From Candidatus Gastranaerophilales bacterium (lineage in GTDB: Bacteria > Cyanobacteriota > Vampirovibrionia > Gastranaerophilales > Gastranaerophilaceae), in NCBI GenBank assembly GCA_944324875.1, contig CALUXZ010000001.1, forward strand, positions 1-38,983: 38,983 nucleotides of DNA. The letters are read 5' to 3'. Each line of letters begins with the position of its first letter. Position 1 is the first letter of the stretch. The notes below the pieces were generated by a model. It saw only the letters and a list, made by a program, of their open reading frames with translations. It was not told where the DNA came from and searched no databases. Positions 15,193 to 24,591 of the stretch are shown piece by piece. A program made the translations under genes and the position numbers.

Positions 15193-16599
15193 TTAATGTC
15201 TTTTTAAAATCCTTAAACCGGCTTTAAAATAGTTTTTAAACTGCACAAATGAACGTATCGAAAGAAGCATTTTAAAAATATATGATGGGCGCAAATAATA
15301 ACGCCTAACAAGTTGCTTATGCAGTTCAAAGATATCCTGCATGCTTAAACTGTGAGTCCTTACACTTGGGTAATAATAAGGCTTGTCATAATTTAGCTCG
15401 CCTAAAGAGTTATTTTCAACATAATCGTAAAAACGTGTGCCGACAAGTGCTGCAGCAGTATAAAAGCTTACATATTCAGTGTTTAATGATTTTGCAAAGT
15501 CTAAAGTTTGCTCTACGGTTTCACGTGTTTCCCATGGTAAACCGATAACATAATATGCATAAATCTGAATTCCGTATTTTTTAAACGATTTTACTGTTTT
15601 TTTTACTTGATTAAGAGTAATTTTTTTACCCATTTTATCCAACATATACTGAGAGCCGCTTTCAATACCAATTGAAACCAGTCTGCAACCTGCTTTTTTC
15701 ATAAGCTTGATTGTTTCAATATCTGCACTGTCAGCACGAGTATTGGTAGAAAAGGTTATCTTAAGTTTTGATTCAATTATCTTTAAACAAAGTTCTCTAA
15801 CCCAATCTTTATCTAAATTAAAAATGTCAGACCAGAAAATAAAGTTCTTGATATCATATTTTTCAACACACTCTTTAATCTCACCAATAATATTTTCAGG
15901 ACTTCTTTTTCTTACAACTCGACCATTTAAGGGTGTGGCAAGACAGAAAAAACAATGATAAGGGCAGCCCCTTGAGACTTTAATAACAGCTTGTTTTTGC
16001 CCATTATCAGGTCTTATATACAAAGAATTGTCTATTAAATCTCTTGCAGGATAAGGAAGTAAATCCAAATTATCATTAAAAGGACGTTTTTGTGTTTCTA
16101 TTATCTCGACATCATCTCGATAACAAATACCGTTAATTTCAGACAGATGTAATCCATTCAGTATTTCACCAAAAGTAAGCTCACATTCGGAACACAACGC
16201 AATATCTATAAAATCATGAGTCTGCATTGTTTCCTTTGCAAGAAAAGAGAAATGGGCTCCCTTAGCAATTGTCACAATAGAATCACCAAATAAATCTTTT
16301 GCAATATTTAAAGCTCTTAAATCATTCTCAAGTGTTGGCGTTGCGGCATTTACAAGAATATACTCGGGTTGCATTGCAACTAAATCTGCCTCAAATTTTT
16401 CAAAATCCTCACCAAAAAACGAGTAATCTCGAACAATGGGTTCAAAACCCTTTTGTCTGGCAATTGAAGCCAAATACAACAAGTCAGTCGGAGGCAGCGG
16501 AGGAATAACTATTAAATCATCAGTAGGCTGCTGACATCTGTCTTCCCTGTTCATAACAGGAGAAGGAGGATAAATTAAATATATTTTCTTGTTTTTCAT
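15193..16599 (-). CDS. B12-binding domain-containing (class B) radical SAM protein
   Basis: The N-terminal Rossmann-like domain has cobalamin-binding-domain layout. 'SRGCPYHCFFCLA' is a CxxxCxxC radical SAM cluster. 4-nt overlap (ATGA) with the upstream SDR gene. Confidence 0.8.
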   Translation of the reverse strand: MKNKKIYLIYPPSPVMNREDRCQQPTDDLIVIPPLPPTDLLYLASIARQKGFEPIVRDYSFFGEDFEKFEADLVAMQPEYILVNAATPTLENDLRALNIAKDLFGDSIVTIAKGAHFSFLAKETMQTHDFIDIALCSECELTFGEILNGLHLSEINGICYRDDVEIIETQKRPFNDNLDLLPYPARDLIDNSLYIRPDNGQKQAVIKVSRGCPYHCFFCLATPLNGRVVRKRSPENIIGEIKECVEKYDIKNFIFWSDIFNLDKDWVRELCLKIIESKLKITFSTNTRADSADIETIKLMKKAGCRLVSIGIESGSQYMLDKMGKKITLNQVKKTVKSFKKYGIQIYAYYVIGLPWETRETVEQTLDFAKSLNTEYVSFYTAAALVGTRFYDYVENNSLGELNYDKPYYYPSVRTHSLSMQDIFELHKQLVRRYYLRPSYIFKMLLSIRSFVQFKNYFKAGLRILKRH

Positions 16600-17396
16600 C
16601 TTGATTTCAACTTCAAAGCTGTTCTTACTATCTTATTTACCAAAGACTCACTTAAAAACTTGGAAGCAAATGCGCACAAATGAGCATCAAATCCAACATT
16701 TATAATGGGCTTTGGATTTTTTGAACAAATTGCATTATAAACGGCTCTACCGACATAGTAAGGTTCAAGAGCATCCCGAGAATTTTTCTTTGCATTTTCA
16801 AGCATATACATACCTATTTTTTCATATTTCCCTTTGAAACCCTCAAAATTATTCTTGTTTTGCTCAATGCTATCTGTCCAGAATTTTGTTTTAATTGCCC
16901 CCGGACGAACAGAAACGTATTTTATACCCGATTCGTTTGAAAAAGCTCTCAATAAAACATCGGCAGCAGCTTTGGAGAGGCAATAAGGCGATAGAAAAGG
17001 GTAAACACCGTATGTTGCCATTGAGCTTATATTGATAATCCGACCTTCAATATCTAATTGGGAAGAAAAATATTTTATAATTTTTAACAAACCAAAAAGA
17101 TTAACATCCAATTGGCGCCTTAATTCGTTTTCTTCAAGAAACTCGACAGGCGAGGCGACAACACAGCCTGCATTGTTAACTATAGCATGAAATTTTATAT
17201 CTTTTATTTCATTTTTAAGTATTTCAAATGAAGAGTTAGAACATACATCAAGTGAATATTTAAAAAGATTATTATGTTCAAGCTCAATTTTGCTTCTTGA
17301 GGTTACATACACATTATAACCGCCTTTAAGCATAAGCTTTATGGCTTCTAATCCTATTTGTGAGCTACCCGCAATTACTAAAACATTCTTATTCAT
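16596..17396 (-). CDS. short-chain dehydrogenase/reductase (SDR)
   Basis: 'VLVIAGSSQIGLEA' nucleotide-binding glycine motif, 'NNAG', and catalytic 'YCLSKAA' (YxxxK). Confidence 0.8.
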   Translation of the reverse strand: MNKNVLVIAGSSQIGLEAIKLMLKGGYNVYVTSRSKIELEHNNLFKYSLDVCSNSSFEILKNEIKDIKFHAIVNNAGCVVASPVEFLEENELRRQLDVNLFGLLKIIKYFSSQLDIEGRIINISSMATYGVYPFLSPYCLSKAAADVLLRAFSNESGIKYVSVRPGAIKTKFWTDSIEQNKNNFEGFKGKYEKIGMYMLENAKKNSRDALEPYYVGRAVYNAICSKNPKPIINVGFDAHLCAFASKFLSESLVNKIVRTALKLKSR

Positions 17397-17479
17397 AAAA
17401 TTTATATATCATAAATTCGTTATAAATACCATTGCTTAACAATTTTGACCAAACGGGTAATATATGTTAAAAAAAGTGT

Positions 17480-18418
17480 ATGTTTGAAAATTTAGATATA
17501 ATAACAATTGGAGAAGGTTTAGTTGAACTTTCAAGCAATACTTCGCTAAAGTTTGCACAAATCTTTGATAAATATTACGGAGGAGATTCTCTCGGAACGG
17601 CAATTGCAGCCCTTAGATGCGGTTCAAGTGCAGGCTATATAACAAAGCTTGGAAATGACAGTTTTTGTGAATACTTGCTTGATGCTTGGGATTCGGAAGG
17701 ACTGGATGTATCGCAGATTAAGCTGTCACAAGGACAAAACGGACTATATTTTGTAGGCAAAAAAGAAAACAAAAGCGATTTTGTTTTCTACAGAAGAAAA
17801 ACCGCAGCAATGAATTTATGCATTGATGATATTAATTTTAACTATATAAAAAATGCAAAATGCGTTTATGCCACAGGTTTTGTGCAATCGCTTTCACTGA
17901 GTGTAAGAGAAGTTGTCAGAGAAATTTTTAAATTTGCAAAAGAAAACAATATACCCGTTGCTTATGATCCGAATTTTTCGGCAAAAATTAGTACTCCCGA
18001 GGAGGCAAAAGAATATTTTAATGAAGTAAGCAAATATGTTGATATAATGTTTTTAAATACAAAATCTGATACACAGGCTCTTTTTGATACAACAAGTATT
18101 GATAAAGTACAAAAAATACTTGCAGATTGCACAATAAACATTAATATCATCAGGGAACACAAAAACGGACTACATGTTACCAATACAGCTAATTACGGCT
18201 TTGTCGAATACAAACATATACCCATTATAGATGCTACGGGGTGGGAAGCTGCATTTAACGGAGCATTTTTAAACTACTTTTTAAAAGGTTATGATACAAT
18301 AACATGTGCAAAGTTAGCAAATGCACTTTCTTTATTGCAAATACGCAATGTTGGAGCAATAAAATCAATACCGAACAGAATAGATACAGAAAAATTATAT
18401 AAAGAAATTTATGGCTAA
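17480..18418 (+). CDS. PfkB-family carbohydrate kinase homologue (KdgK-like) with degenerate GAGD motif
   Basis: 'IGEGLVEL', 'YYGGDSLGTAIAA' and 'AYDPNFS' fit PfkB/KdgK. The signature 'DTxAAGDxF' reads 'DATGWEAAF' (nt 18230-18256). Confidence 0.7.
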   Translation: MFENLDIITIGEGLVELSSNTSLKFAQIFDKYYGGDSLGTAIAALRCGSSAGYITKLGNDSFCEYLLDAWDSEGLDVSQIKLSQGQNGLYFVGKKENKSDFVFYRRKTAAMNLCIDDINFNYIKNAKCVYATGFVQSLSLSVREVVREIFKFAKENNIPVAYDPNFSAKISTPEEAKEYFNEVSKYVDIMFLNTKSDTQALFDTTSIDKVQKILADCTININIIREHKNGLHVTNTANYGFVEYKHIPIIDATGWEAAFNGAFLNYFLKGYDTITCAKLANALSLLQIRNVGAIKSIPNRIDTEKLYKEIYG

Positions 18419-19421
18419 AAAAGTACTTATATCAGGTTACATAGGATTTTCAAACTTTGGTGACGATGTTATTTTTGCAATGCTGACAAGACATCTGAAA
18501 GCAAAGGGGTTTCAGGTTTGTGCGCTGTCATCCAACCCTACAAAAACAAAAAAACAGTTTAAAGTAGACACTGCAAATTACAAAAATCCCTTTGAAATAA
18601 TAAGGCAAATTGCAAAATGTAACTACCTTATAAGCGGTGGCGGCAGTCTTTTACAAAACTCTACAAGCAATAAAAGCCTTTTATATTACATTTTAATAAT
18701 ATTAATAGCAAAACTCTTATTTAAAAAGGTAATAATTTTTGCACAAGGCATTGGACCCATTCAAGGAAAATTCTGGCAGTCGTTAACAAGAATTACTCTT
18801 TCCCTTTGCAATCTTATTACCGTTAGGGATTCTCAAAGTTATAAGTTATTAGCTAAATGGAAAATTAAATCCAGATTTGTGCAAGACCCTGCATGGGATA
18901 TACCGGTTTTACCAAGAGAAAACAATGGCTATGTGGGCATACAACTAAGAAATTATGCAAATATGCATCCTGATTTCATAAAAGTATTTGTGAAATACAT
19001 TGGACTTTATTTTTCAGACAGAAAAATAAAGATTTTTTCCTTCCAAAACCCTCAAGATTTAAATATTTGCTACCAATTTGAAAAAGAATTAAAACTGCAA
19101 TGGCCCGAGATTAAGTATGAAATATGCACGGATAATTCAATAAAATCAATTGTTTCAGAATTTTCTCATCTGGACAGGCTCTTTGCAATGCGCTTCCATG
19201 CTTGTCTTTTAGGATTAAAATATGGAATAAAAGTTTTTGCACTCCCGTATGACATAAAGGTAGACTATCTTTGCAAAGAATTTAACCTGCAAAATATCGA
19301 TGTAACAATAAAACCCGACGGCTACAATGAAAAATTTTCAGAATTTATGCAAGAAAATAAAGAAAATGAAAATGAGCATATAAAATTTGACTGGAGCGCA
19401 ATAGATAAATACATGGCATAA
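18411..19421 (+). CDS. csaB: polysaccharide pyruvyl transferase CsaB-like
   Basis: 'KVLISGYIGFSNFGDDVIFAML' and 'ISGGGSLLQNSTS' are typical of CsaB/pyruvyl transferases. Confidence 0.7.
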   Translation: MAKKVLISGYIGFSNFGDDVIFAMLTRHLKAKGFQVCALSSNPTKTKKQFKVDTANYKNPFEIIRQIAKCNYLISGGGSLLQNSTSNKSLLYYILIILIAKLLFKKVIIFAQGIGPIQGKFWQSLTRITLSLCNLITVRDSQSYKLLAKWKIKSRFVQDPAWDIPVLPRENNGYVGIQLRNYANMHPDFIKVFVKYIGLYFSDRKIKIFSFQNPQDLNICYQFEKELKLQWPEIKYEICTDNSIKSIVSEFSHLDRLFAMRFHACLLGLKYGIKVFALPYDIKVDYLCKEFNLQNIDVTIKPDGYNEKFSEFMQENKENENEHIKFDWSAIDKYMA

Positions 19422-19454
19422 AATTATATACAGACAAACAAAGAGAGGAAATTT

Positions 19455-20684
19455 ATGCTTATCCCAAGCATTGACTTAATGAATTCAAAAGCAGTACAAC
19501 TAAAACAAGGTAAGGAAAAAGTCCTTGAACGAGAGGATGTGTTAGAGCTTGCAAAATATTATGCAAGATTTGGTGAAATTGCAGTAATAGATTTAGATGC
19601 GGCTACAAATACAGGAAAAAATAATGAAGAACTGATTGCAAAAATATGCAAAATTGCGCCTTGTCGTGTTGGCGGTGGAATTAGAGATATCGAAAAAGCA
19701 AAAAGAATGCTTGCTTTGGGTGCAAAAAAAATTATTATCGGTACCGCAGCAAACGAAGAATTTTTGTCAAAATTGCCAAAAGACAAAATTATTGTCGCCA
19801 TAGATTCGAAATTTGGAAAAATTACTCTTGAAGGCTGGCAAAAAGATACTCAAATTAAAACAGAAGAATATGTAAAACGTTTTGAAAACTATTGCAGCGG
19901 TTTTTTGTATACTATAGTAGAAAAAGAAGGAATGCTTGCAGGCACAAATATAGAAGCTTTTAAACAAATAAGAGAAATAACAAAAAAACCTATTGTAGCC
20001 GCAGGCGGCATAACTTCAATTGATGAAATTAAGGAACTTGAAAAATTAAATATATCATCACAACTCGGTATGTCTATATATACGGGTAAAATTAATCCCG
20101 TGGAAGCATTTATTGAGCTCATAGATTTTGAAAAATGTAACGGGCTTGTCCCGACAATAGTTCAAGATGTAAAAACTAAACAGGTTCTAATGCTAGCCTA
20201 TTCAAACAAAGAGTCACTTAGAAAATCTTTAACCGAAGGTAAAGCTACATATTTCAGTCGCTCCCGAAATGAACTTTGGACAAAAGGTGAAACTAGCGGA
20301 AATACACAAGAATTAGTAAATGCAAAATTTGACTGTGATGCGGACAGCATACTATTCAAAGTAAATCAAAAAGGTAACGCATGTCATTTAAACAGATTTA
20401 GCTGTTTTGAGGACAAAGAATTCTGTATAAATGAACTTTACGACCTTATTGTTGACAGAAAAGAAAAAATGCCTGAAAAATCATACACAACTAAGCTTTT
20501 TAAAGATGAATTCTACCTAAAAAGAAAGATTATGGAAGAAGCATTTGAAAGCGTAAATTTTGAACAGGGTGATGGACTAAGCTGGGAATCAGCAGATTTA
20601 ATGTACCACCTGCTTGTATTTATGGCAATGCACAATGTGTCATTTGACGATTTAGTAAATAATCTATCTTCAAGGACAAAATAA
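19455..20684 (+). CDS. hisA/hisIE: fused HisA-like (beta/alpha)8 isomerase + phosphoribosyl-AMP cyclohydrolase (HisI) + phosphoribosyl-ATP pyrophosphatase (HisE)
   Basis: N-terminus: 'LIPSIDLMNSKAVQLKQGK', 'VIDLDAA', 'VGGGIRD', 'VAAGGITS' (HisA/HisF fold). Middle: 'LVPTIVQDVKTKQVLMLAYSN ... YFSRSRNELWTKGETSGN ... DCDADSILF' (HisI). C-terminus: 'SYTTKLF ... MYHLLVFM' (HisE). Confidence 0.8.
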   Translation: MLIPSIDLMNSKAVQLKQGKEKVLEREDVLELAKYYARFGEIAVIDLDAATNTGKNNEELIAKICKIAPCRVGGGIRDIEKAKRMLALGAKKIIIGTAANEEFLSKLPKDKIIVAIDSKFGKITLEGWQKDTQIKTEEYVKRFENYCSGFLYTIVEKEGMLAGTNIEAFKQIREITKKPIVAAGGITSIDEIKELEKLNISSQLGMSIYTGKINPVEAFIELIDFEKCNGLVPTIVQDVKTKQVLMLAYSNKESLRKSLTEGKATYFSRSRNELWTKGETSGNTQELVNAKFDCDADSILFKVNQKGNACHLNRFSCFEDKEFCINELYDLIVDRKEKMPEKSYTTKLFKDEFYLKRKIMEEAFESVNFEQGDGLSWESADLMYHLLVFMAMHNVSFDDLVNNLSSRTK

Positions 20685-21958
20685 TGAAAATAATAGAGTC
20701 AAAAGAAATTATAAATAATCCTAACCATGAATTTTATAAGACAATCTTTCTTGAAAATCTGGAAAATGTAACAAGTATAATTGAAGATGTTAAAAAAGCA
20801 GGCGATAATGCGATTATTAAATACTCAAAAGAATTTGGTGACGGGGATTTTAAAAGTGAAAAAGATTTTATTGTAACCGACGAAGAAATAGACAAAGCAT
20901 TCAATTTAACCTCACAAAAGACTGTAAATGCGCTTGAAGAATGTATAAAAAATATCACGGAATTTGCAAAAGAGCAGTTAAATTGCATTAAAAATCTTGA
21001 TATAAATATCAATGGGTCACACTTGGGTCATAGAATAATACCAATAGAAAAAGTATTATGTTATGTTCCAGGAGGTAACTACCCTCTGCCATCATCTGCT
21101 CTAATGACTACAATACCCGCAAAAGTAGCAGGTGTTAAACATATTGCGCTTACATCGCCTAAAATAAAGCCTCAAACTATTGTTGCAGCAAAGCTAAGCG
21201 GTGCAGACAAAATATACAGACTTGGCGGGGTACAGGCAATAGGCGCATTTGCCTATGGAACAGAAAGTATTGCCGCAGTTGATAAAATAGTGGGTCCGGG
21301 AAACAAATATGTTACTTACGCAAAAAAATATGTCTATGGCAAATGCTCAATAGATTTTCTTGCAGGACCATCAGAGGTTTTAATTATTGCAGATGACAAT
21401 CAAGATCCAAAACTTGTAAGTGCTGATATTCTTGCGCAATGCGAACATGACAAAGATGCACGGGGTTATTTAATTTGTTATAGTGAAACATTTGCAAAAA
21501 AAGTAATTCAATGTGCAAAACAACAGCTTGAATCATTAAAAACAAAAGACATTGCGGAAATTTCGTTTCAAAATTCAACTGCCGTGATTGTCAATAATAT
21601 TGATGAAGCCATTGAAATTTCAAATTTAAGAGCACCTGAACATCTGGAATTAATGTTTAATGATGCACAAGAATTATCGAAAAAATTTAAAAACTATGGC
21701 TCGCTTTTTATAGGCAGCAATTGCGCAGAAGTATTTGGCGACTATTGCTCCGGCACAAATCATGTCTTACCGACAAATTCGGCATCAAGATACACAGGAG
21801 GTTTAAGTGTATTTGATTTTATAAAAATACAAACCTTTCAAATGCTTACAAAAGAATACTCGCAAAAACTTTCGCAATATGCAAGTGAAATTGCTTGTCA
21901 AGAAGGACTTATGGCACACAAACTTGCAAGTGACTTAAGGGGTAAATATGAGATTTGA
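20684..21958 (+). CDS. hisD: histidinol dehydrogenase
   Basis: 'AGPSEVLIIAD', 'ILAQCEHD' and 'GDYCSGTNHVLPT' motifs. The start overlaps the hisIE stop by 1 nt (TAATG). Confidence 0.9.
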   Translation: MKIIESKEIINNPNHEFYKTIFLENLENVTSIIEDVKKAGDNAIIKYSKEFGDGDFKSEKDFIVTDEEIDKAFNLTSQKTVNALEECIKNITEFAKEQLNCIKNLDININGSHLGHRIIPIEKVLCYVPGGNYPLPSSALMTTIPAKVAGVKHIALTSPKIKPQTIVAAKLSGADKIYRLGGVQAIGAFAYGTESIAAVDKIVGPGNKYVTYAKKYVYGKCSIDFLAGPSEVLIIADDNQDPKLVSADILAQCEHDKDARGYLICYSETFAKKVIQCAKQQLESLKTKDIAEISFQNSTAVIVNNIDEAIEISNLRAPEHLELMFNDAQELSKKFKNYGSLFIGSNCAEVFGDYCSGTNHVLPTNSASRYTGGLSVFDFIKIQTFQMLTKEYSQKLSQYASEIACQEGLMAHKLASDLRGKYEI

Positions 21959-22610
21959 ATATAAAAAAAATGAAAGAGTACAAATAAGGGTATTTTCTTT
22001 CCTTGCGGCAATGTTATTTAAACTTAAAGAATTTACATATTGGTGTAAAAATGTAAATTATCCGAAAGAACCGTGCATTTTTGCACTTTGGCATGCACAC
22101 CAATGTGGGCTTTATTCGCTAGAAGGACGAAACAAAACAAATGTAATGATAAGCAGATCAAAAGACGGAGAAATCATTGCCCGTGCCGCAGAAATTATGG
22201 GGTTAAAAACAGTGAGAGGTTCAATCACAAGAGGCGGAGCAAGTGCGACACTCGAACTTGTTGAAAGAATCAAACATGGTGATAATGGTGCAATCACTGT
22301 CGATGGCCCTAAGGGTCCCAACAGGGTTGTTAAAAAGGGAATTATTGAAATAGCAAAAATTACAGGTGTGCCAATTGTGCCAATTACTTGGTATTCCCCT
22401 TCGAAAGGATATATTAAACTAAAAACATGGGATGAATTCAGGTTTCCTCTATTTTGCCGAAAAATGATTATGTATTATGGCGAACCAATTTATGTTAATC
22501 CGAACGCAGATGAACAAGAAATAGAAGCTAAAAGAAAATTGCTTGAAGATAGAATGAAGGAGCAGTATGAAATGGTAAAAAGAGATTTTAAAAAATTGAT
22601 AAAAGACTAA
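21948..22610 (+). CDS. DUF374 (lysophospholipid acyltransferase-like) protein
   Basis: 'FALWHAHQ ... MISRSKDGEIIARAAEIMGLKTVRGSITRGGASA ... ITVDGPKGP' matches the DUF374 pattern. Confidence 0.7.
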   Translation: MRFEYKKNERVQIRVFSFLAAMLFKLKEFTYWCKNVNYPKEPCIFALWHAHQCGLYSLEGRNKTNVMISRSKDGEIIARAAEIMGLKTVRGSITRGGASATLELVERIKHGDNGAITVDGPKGPNRVVKKGIIEIAKITGVPIVPITWYSPSKGYIKLKTWDEFRFPLFCRKMIMYYGEPIYVNPNADEQEIEAKRKLLEDRMKEQYEMVKRDFKKLIKD

Positions 22611-23740
22611 GCATTCTGCATTTTCTTTACAAATTCCGGTATTTTATATGCTTCAGCAGTACCAACAATAATTCTCCAGCTTGGCAATGCCTGCTGAAGT
22701 TCGTCTTTTAAATCAGCTAAAAGCCCCGGAATGATTATAATTTTATTTTTTACTTTATCTAAAATATTACTTGCGCTCACGACTTTAGAAGCGATTTCTG
22801 CAGTGATTTTCTGAGCAGACCAAGCTGTAAGTACACTCATGCCGTCACTGGGTGTTATAACAAGATACGAACCACATTTAAGAGAAGAAAGCTCGTTTGC
22901 TACTGCAAAATAACTGAGCGCAAAATTTGTAGTTAGAAAAACAAGTGCATTTTCATCAGGATTGTTGAACTCGTACACTTTGGATTCAACTTGCAGCGGC
23001 TTTTGAGGATCGGTGTATATATTTAATCTTAATGTAATTAAACTTGCAAATAAAGCTTCACTAAATTCTTCAAAAATAATCATGTTTGCGTACTTGCAAA
23101 CAAGCGAAGAAGCAATTGCGCATAGAGAGCAAAAATCAGAACCGCAAAGTTTAATAAATGTAGGATTTGAAAACTCCTCATTTCTATCCACAATTGCACA
23201 AGTTCGTATTTTAATCAATTGCGATACTGTTTGCTGTAAATTAGTGTACTCAACTTTGTAAAGTTTAGCCAAAAAATCATCATTTATGATTTCTATTCCC
23301 TTATCTTTTAACAAAGAAACTGCATCATCTATTGGATTTTTAAAGTAAACAGCATCAATGTGATATTTTTTACCTATACACTCAAACTGAAATTCCAGAA
23401 TTCGTTTAAGTTTTTGTTTATAATCAGGCGATTGCGAATCAAGTTCAACTGCAAACACACAAGGGTTTACAAAGGTTTTTTCATGTCGATACAAAACTGT
23501 TTCGCCACCAACTTTTAAATGTCCGAGCGTAACCACTTTTTGCTGAACTTTTTTATTATGTTCAAGTTTTTCAATTAACTCATCAGGCAAAAAAGGGCAC
23601 TTTGATGGCGCATCTTGGCCTTTTGAGAGTTTAATTGCAAACATCATACACGTAGGGCAACCGCATTTTTTACAGTTTGCATTAGTATCACGTTTGCCTG
23701 CCGGCAAAAATTTAAAAATATCCATTGCACCTAACGACAT
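22607..23740 (-). CDS. corrinoid iron-sulfur protein large subunit-like (AcsC/CdhE-like)
   Basis: The N-terminus 'MDIFKFLP...NCKKCGCPTCMMFAIKLSKG...SKCPF' parallels the AcsC [4Fe-4S] domain (Cx2Cx4C...C). 'VGGETVLYRHEKTF' is present. C-terminal 'IIIIPGLLADLKDEL...WRIIVGTAEAYKIPEF' is like the B12-binding domain. Confidence 0.7.
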   Translation of the reverse strand: MSLGAMDIFKFLPAGKRDTNANCKKCGCPTCMMFAIKLSKGQDAPSKCPFLPDELIEKLEHNKKVQQKVVTLGHLKVGGETVLYRHEKTFVNPCVFAVELDSQSPDYKQKLKRILEFQFECIGKKYHIDAVYFKNPIDDAVSLLKDKGIEIINDDFLAKLYKVEYTNLQQTVSQLIKIRTCAIVDRNEEFSNPTFIKLCGSDFCSLCAIASSLVCKYANMIIFEEFSEALFASLITLRLNIYTDPQKPLQVESKVYEFNNPDENALVFLTTNFALSYFAVANELSSLKCGSYLVITPSDGMSVLTAWSAQKITAEIASKVVSASNILDKVKNKIIIIPGLLADLKDELQQALPSWRIIVGTAEAYKIPEFVKKMQNA

Positions 23741-24591
23741 AACACCTCACAAAATTGCTGCTTAACGGTATGAAGTGCATCAGGATGCCAACATACAACG
23801 ATATTTGCACCTGCTACAACTAAAGAGGAAGCAGTTGAAATTTCCCACATTTTTGCACGAGTAACCAAATCACCCCAAGAAGGTTCAAAATCATTGCTTT
23901 TTGACTCTTTTGCTTTGTAAGACTCTTCACCCGCATAAACTATAATGGGCATATTCAACATATTATCGCCCGAATTTCTTGCAAGACAAATGCGCTCTAT
24001 TATACTGTAGCCGTAATCAATTCCATATCCAATGCATCCCATATCAGGGTCTATTAAAATCTGCTCAGGTGATAACCCTGTATCAATAGAAAGTATATTA
24101 AGTTCTTTTGTTAAATTAATGTCAATAGGAGTTCTTAAGACAAAAGTATGGTTAAACTTTGAATTAGATGTTAACTTTAATAAATCTTGATAATTTGCAG
24201 CCTGCACTGGTGAAATTATAAGCTCTCTATCAATAACATCAACAAGCGCATTCAAAATTTCAACATCCCAGTTTGCATGGGAGCTAAGTTTAATCATAAT
24301 TTTAATTTTAGAATTAACTAAAATTTTTTTTAAAATATTACGATATTTTTTCAAAAGTTCAGATTTTTTATTCTCCTCCGGTTCTTGAGAATTAAAATAG
24401 ACACTGACAAACTCAGCACCAAGCTCAAGTGCTTTATTCTGAACAGCAACAAACCAATCTATTGTATCGTTGATAACTGTTCCCCAGTAGTCTTTAAGAA
24501 CGGGCGAATAGCTCTCATTAACTTCTATTGGAAACTCAAGCCCAAAGACGGGACAAGGCATGAACTTGGAATTTAAATTAAAATTAAACAC
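23731..24591 (-). CDS. corrinoid iron-sulfur protein small subunit-like (AcsD/CdhD-like); start uncertain (GTG 24591 or ATG 24561)
   Basis: 'IDPDMGCIGYGIDYGYSIIERICLA...GDNMLNMPII' and 'WGD...RAKMWEISTASSLVVAGANIVVCWHP' match the AcsD/CdhD TIM-barrel pattern. 10-nt overlap with the AcsC-like gene. Confidence 0.7.
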   Translation of the reverse strand: MFNFNLNSKFMPCPVFGLEFPIEVNESYSPVLKDYWGTVINDTIDWFVAVQNKALELGAEFVSVYFNSQEPEENKKSELLKKYRNILKKILVNSKIKIMIKLSSHANWDVEILNALVDVIDRELIISPVQAANYQDLLKLTSNSKFNHTFVLRTPIDINLTKELNILSIDTGLSPEQILIDPDMGCIGYGIDYGYSIIERICLARNSGDNMLNMPIIVYAGEESYKAKESKSNDFEPSWGDLVTRAKMWEISTASSLVVAGANIVVCWHPDALHTVKQQFCEVLCR

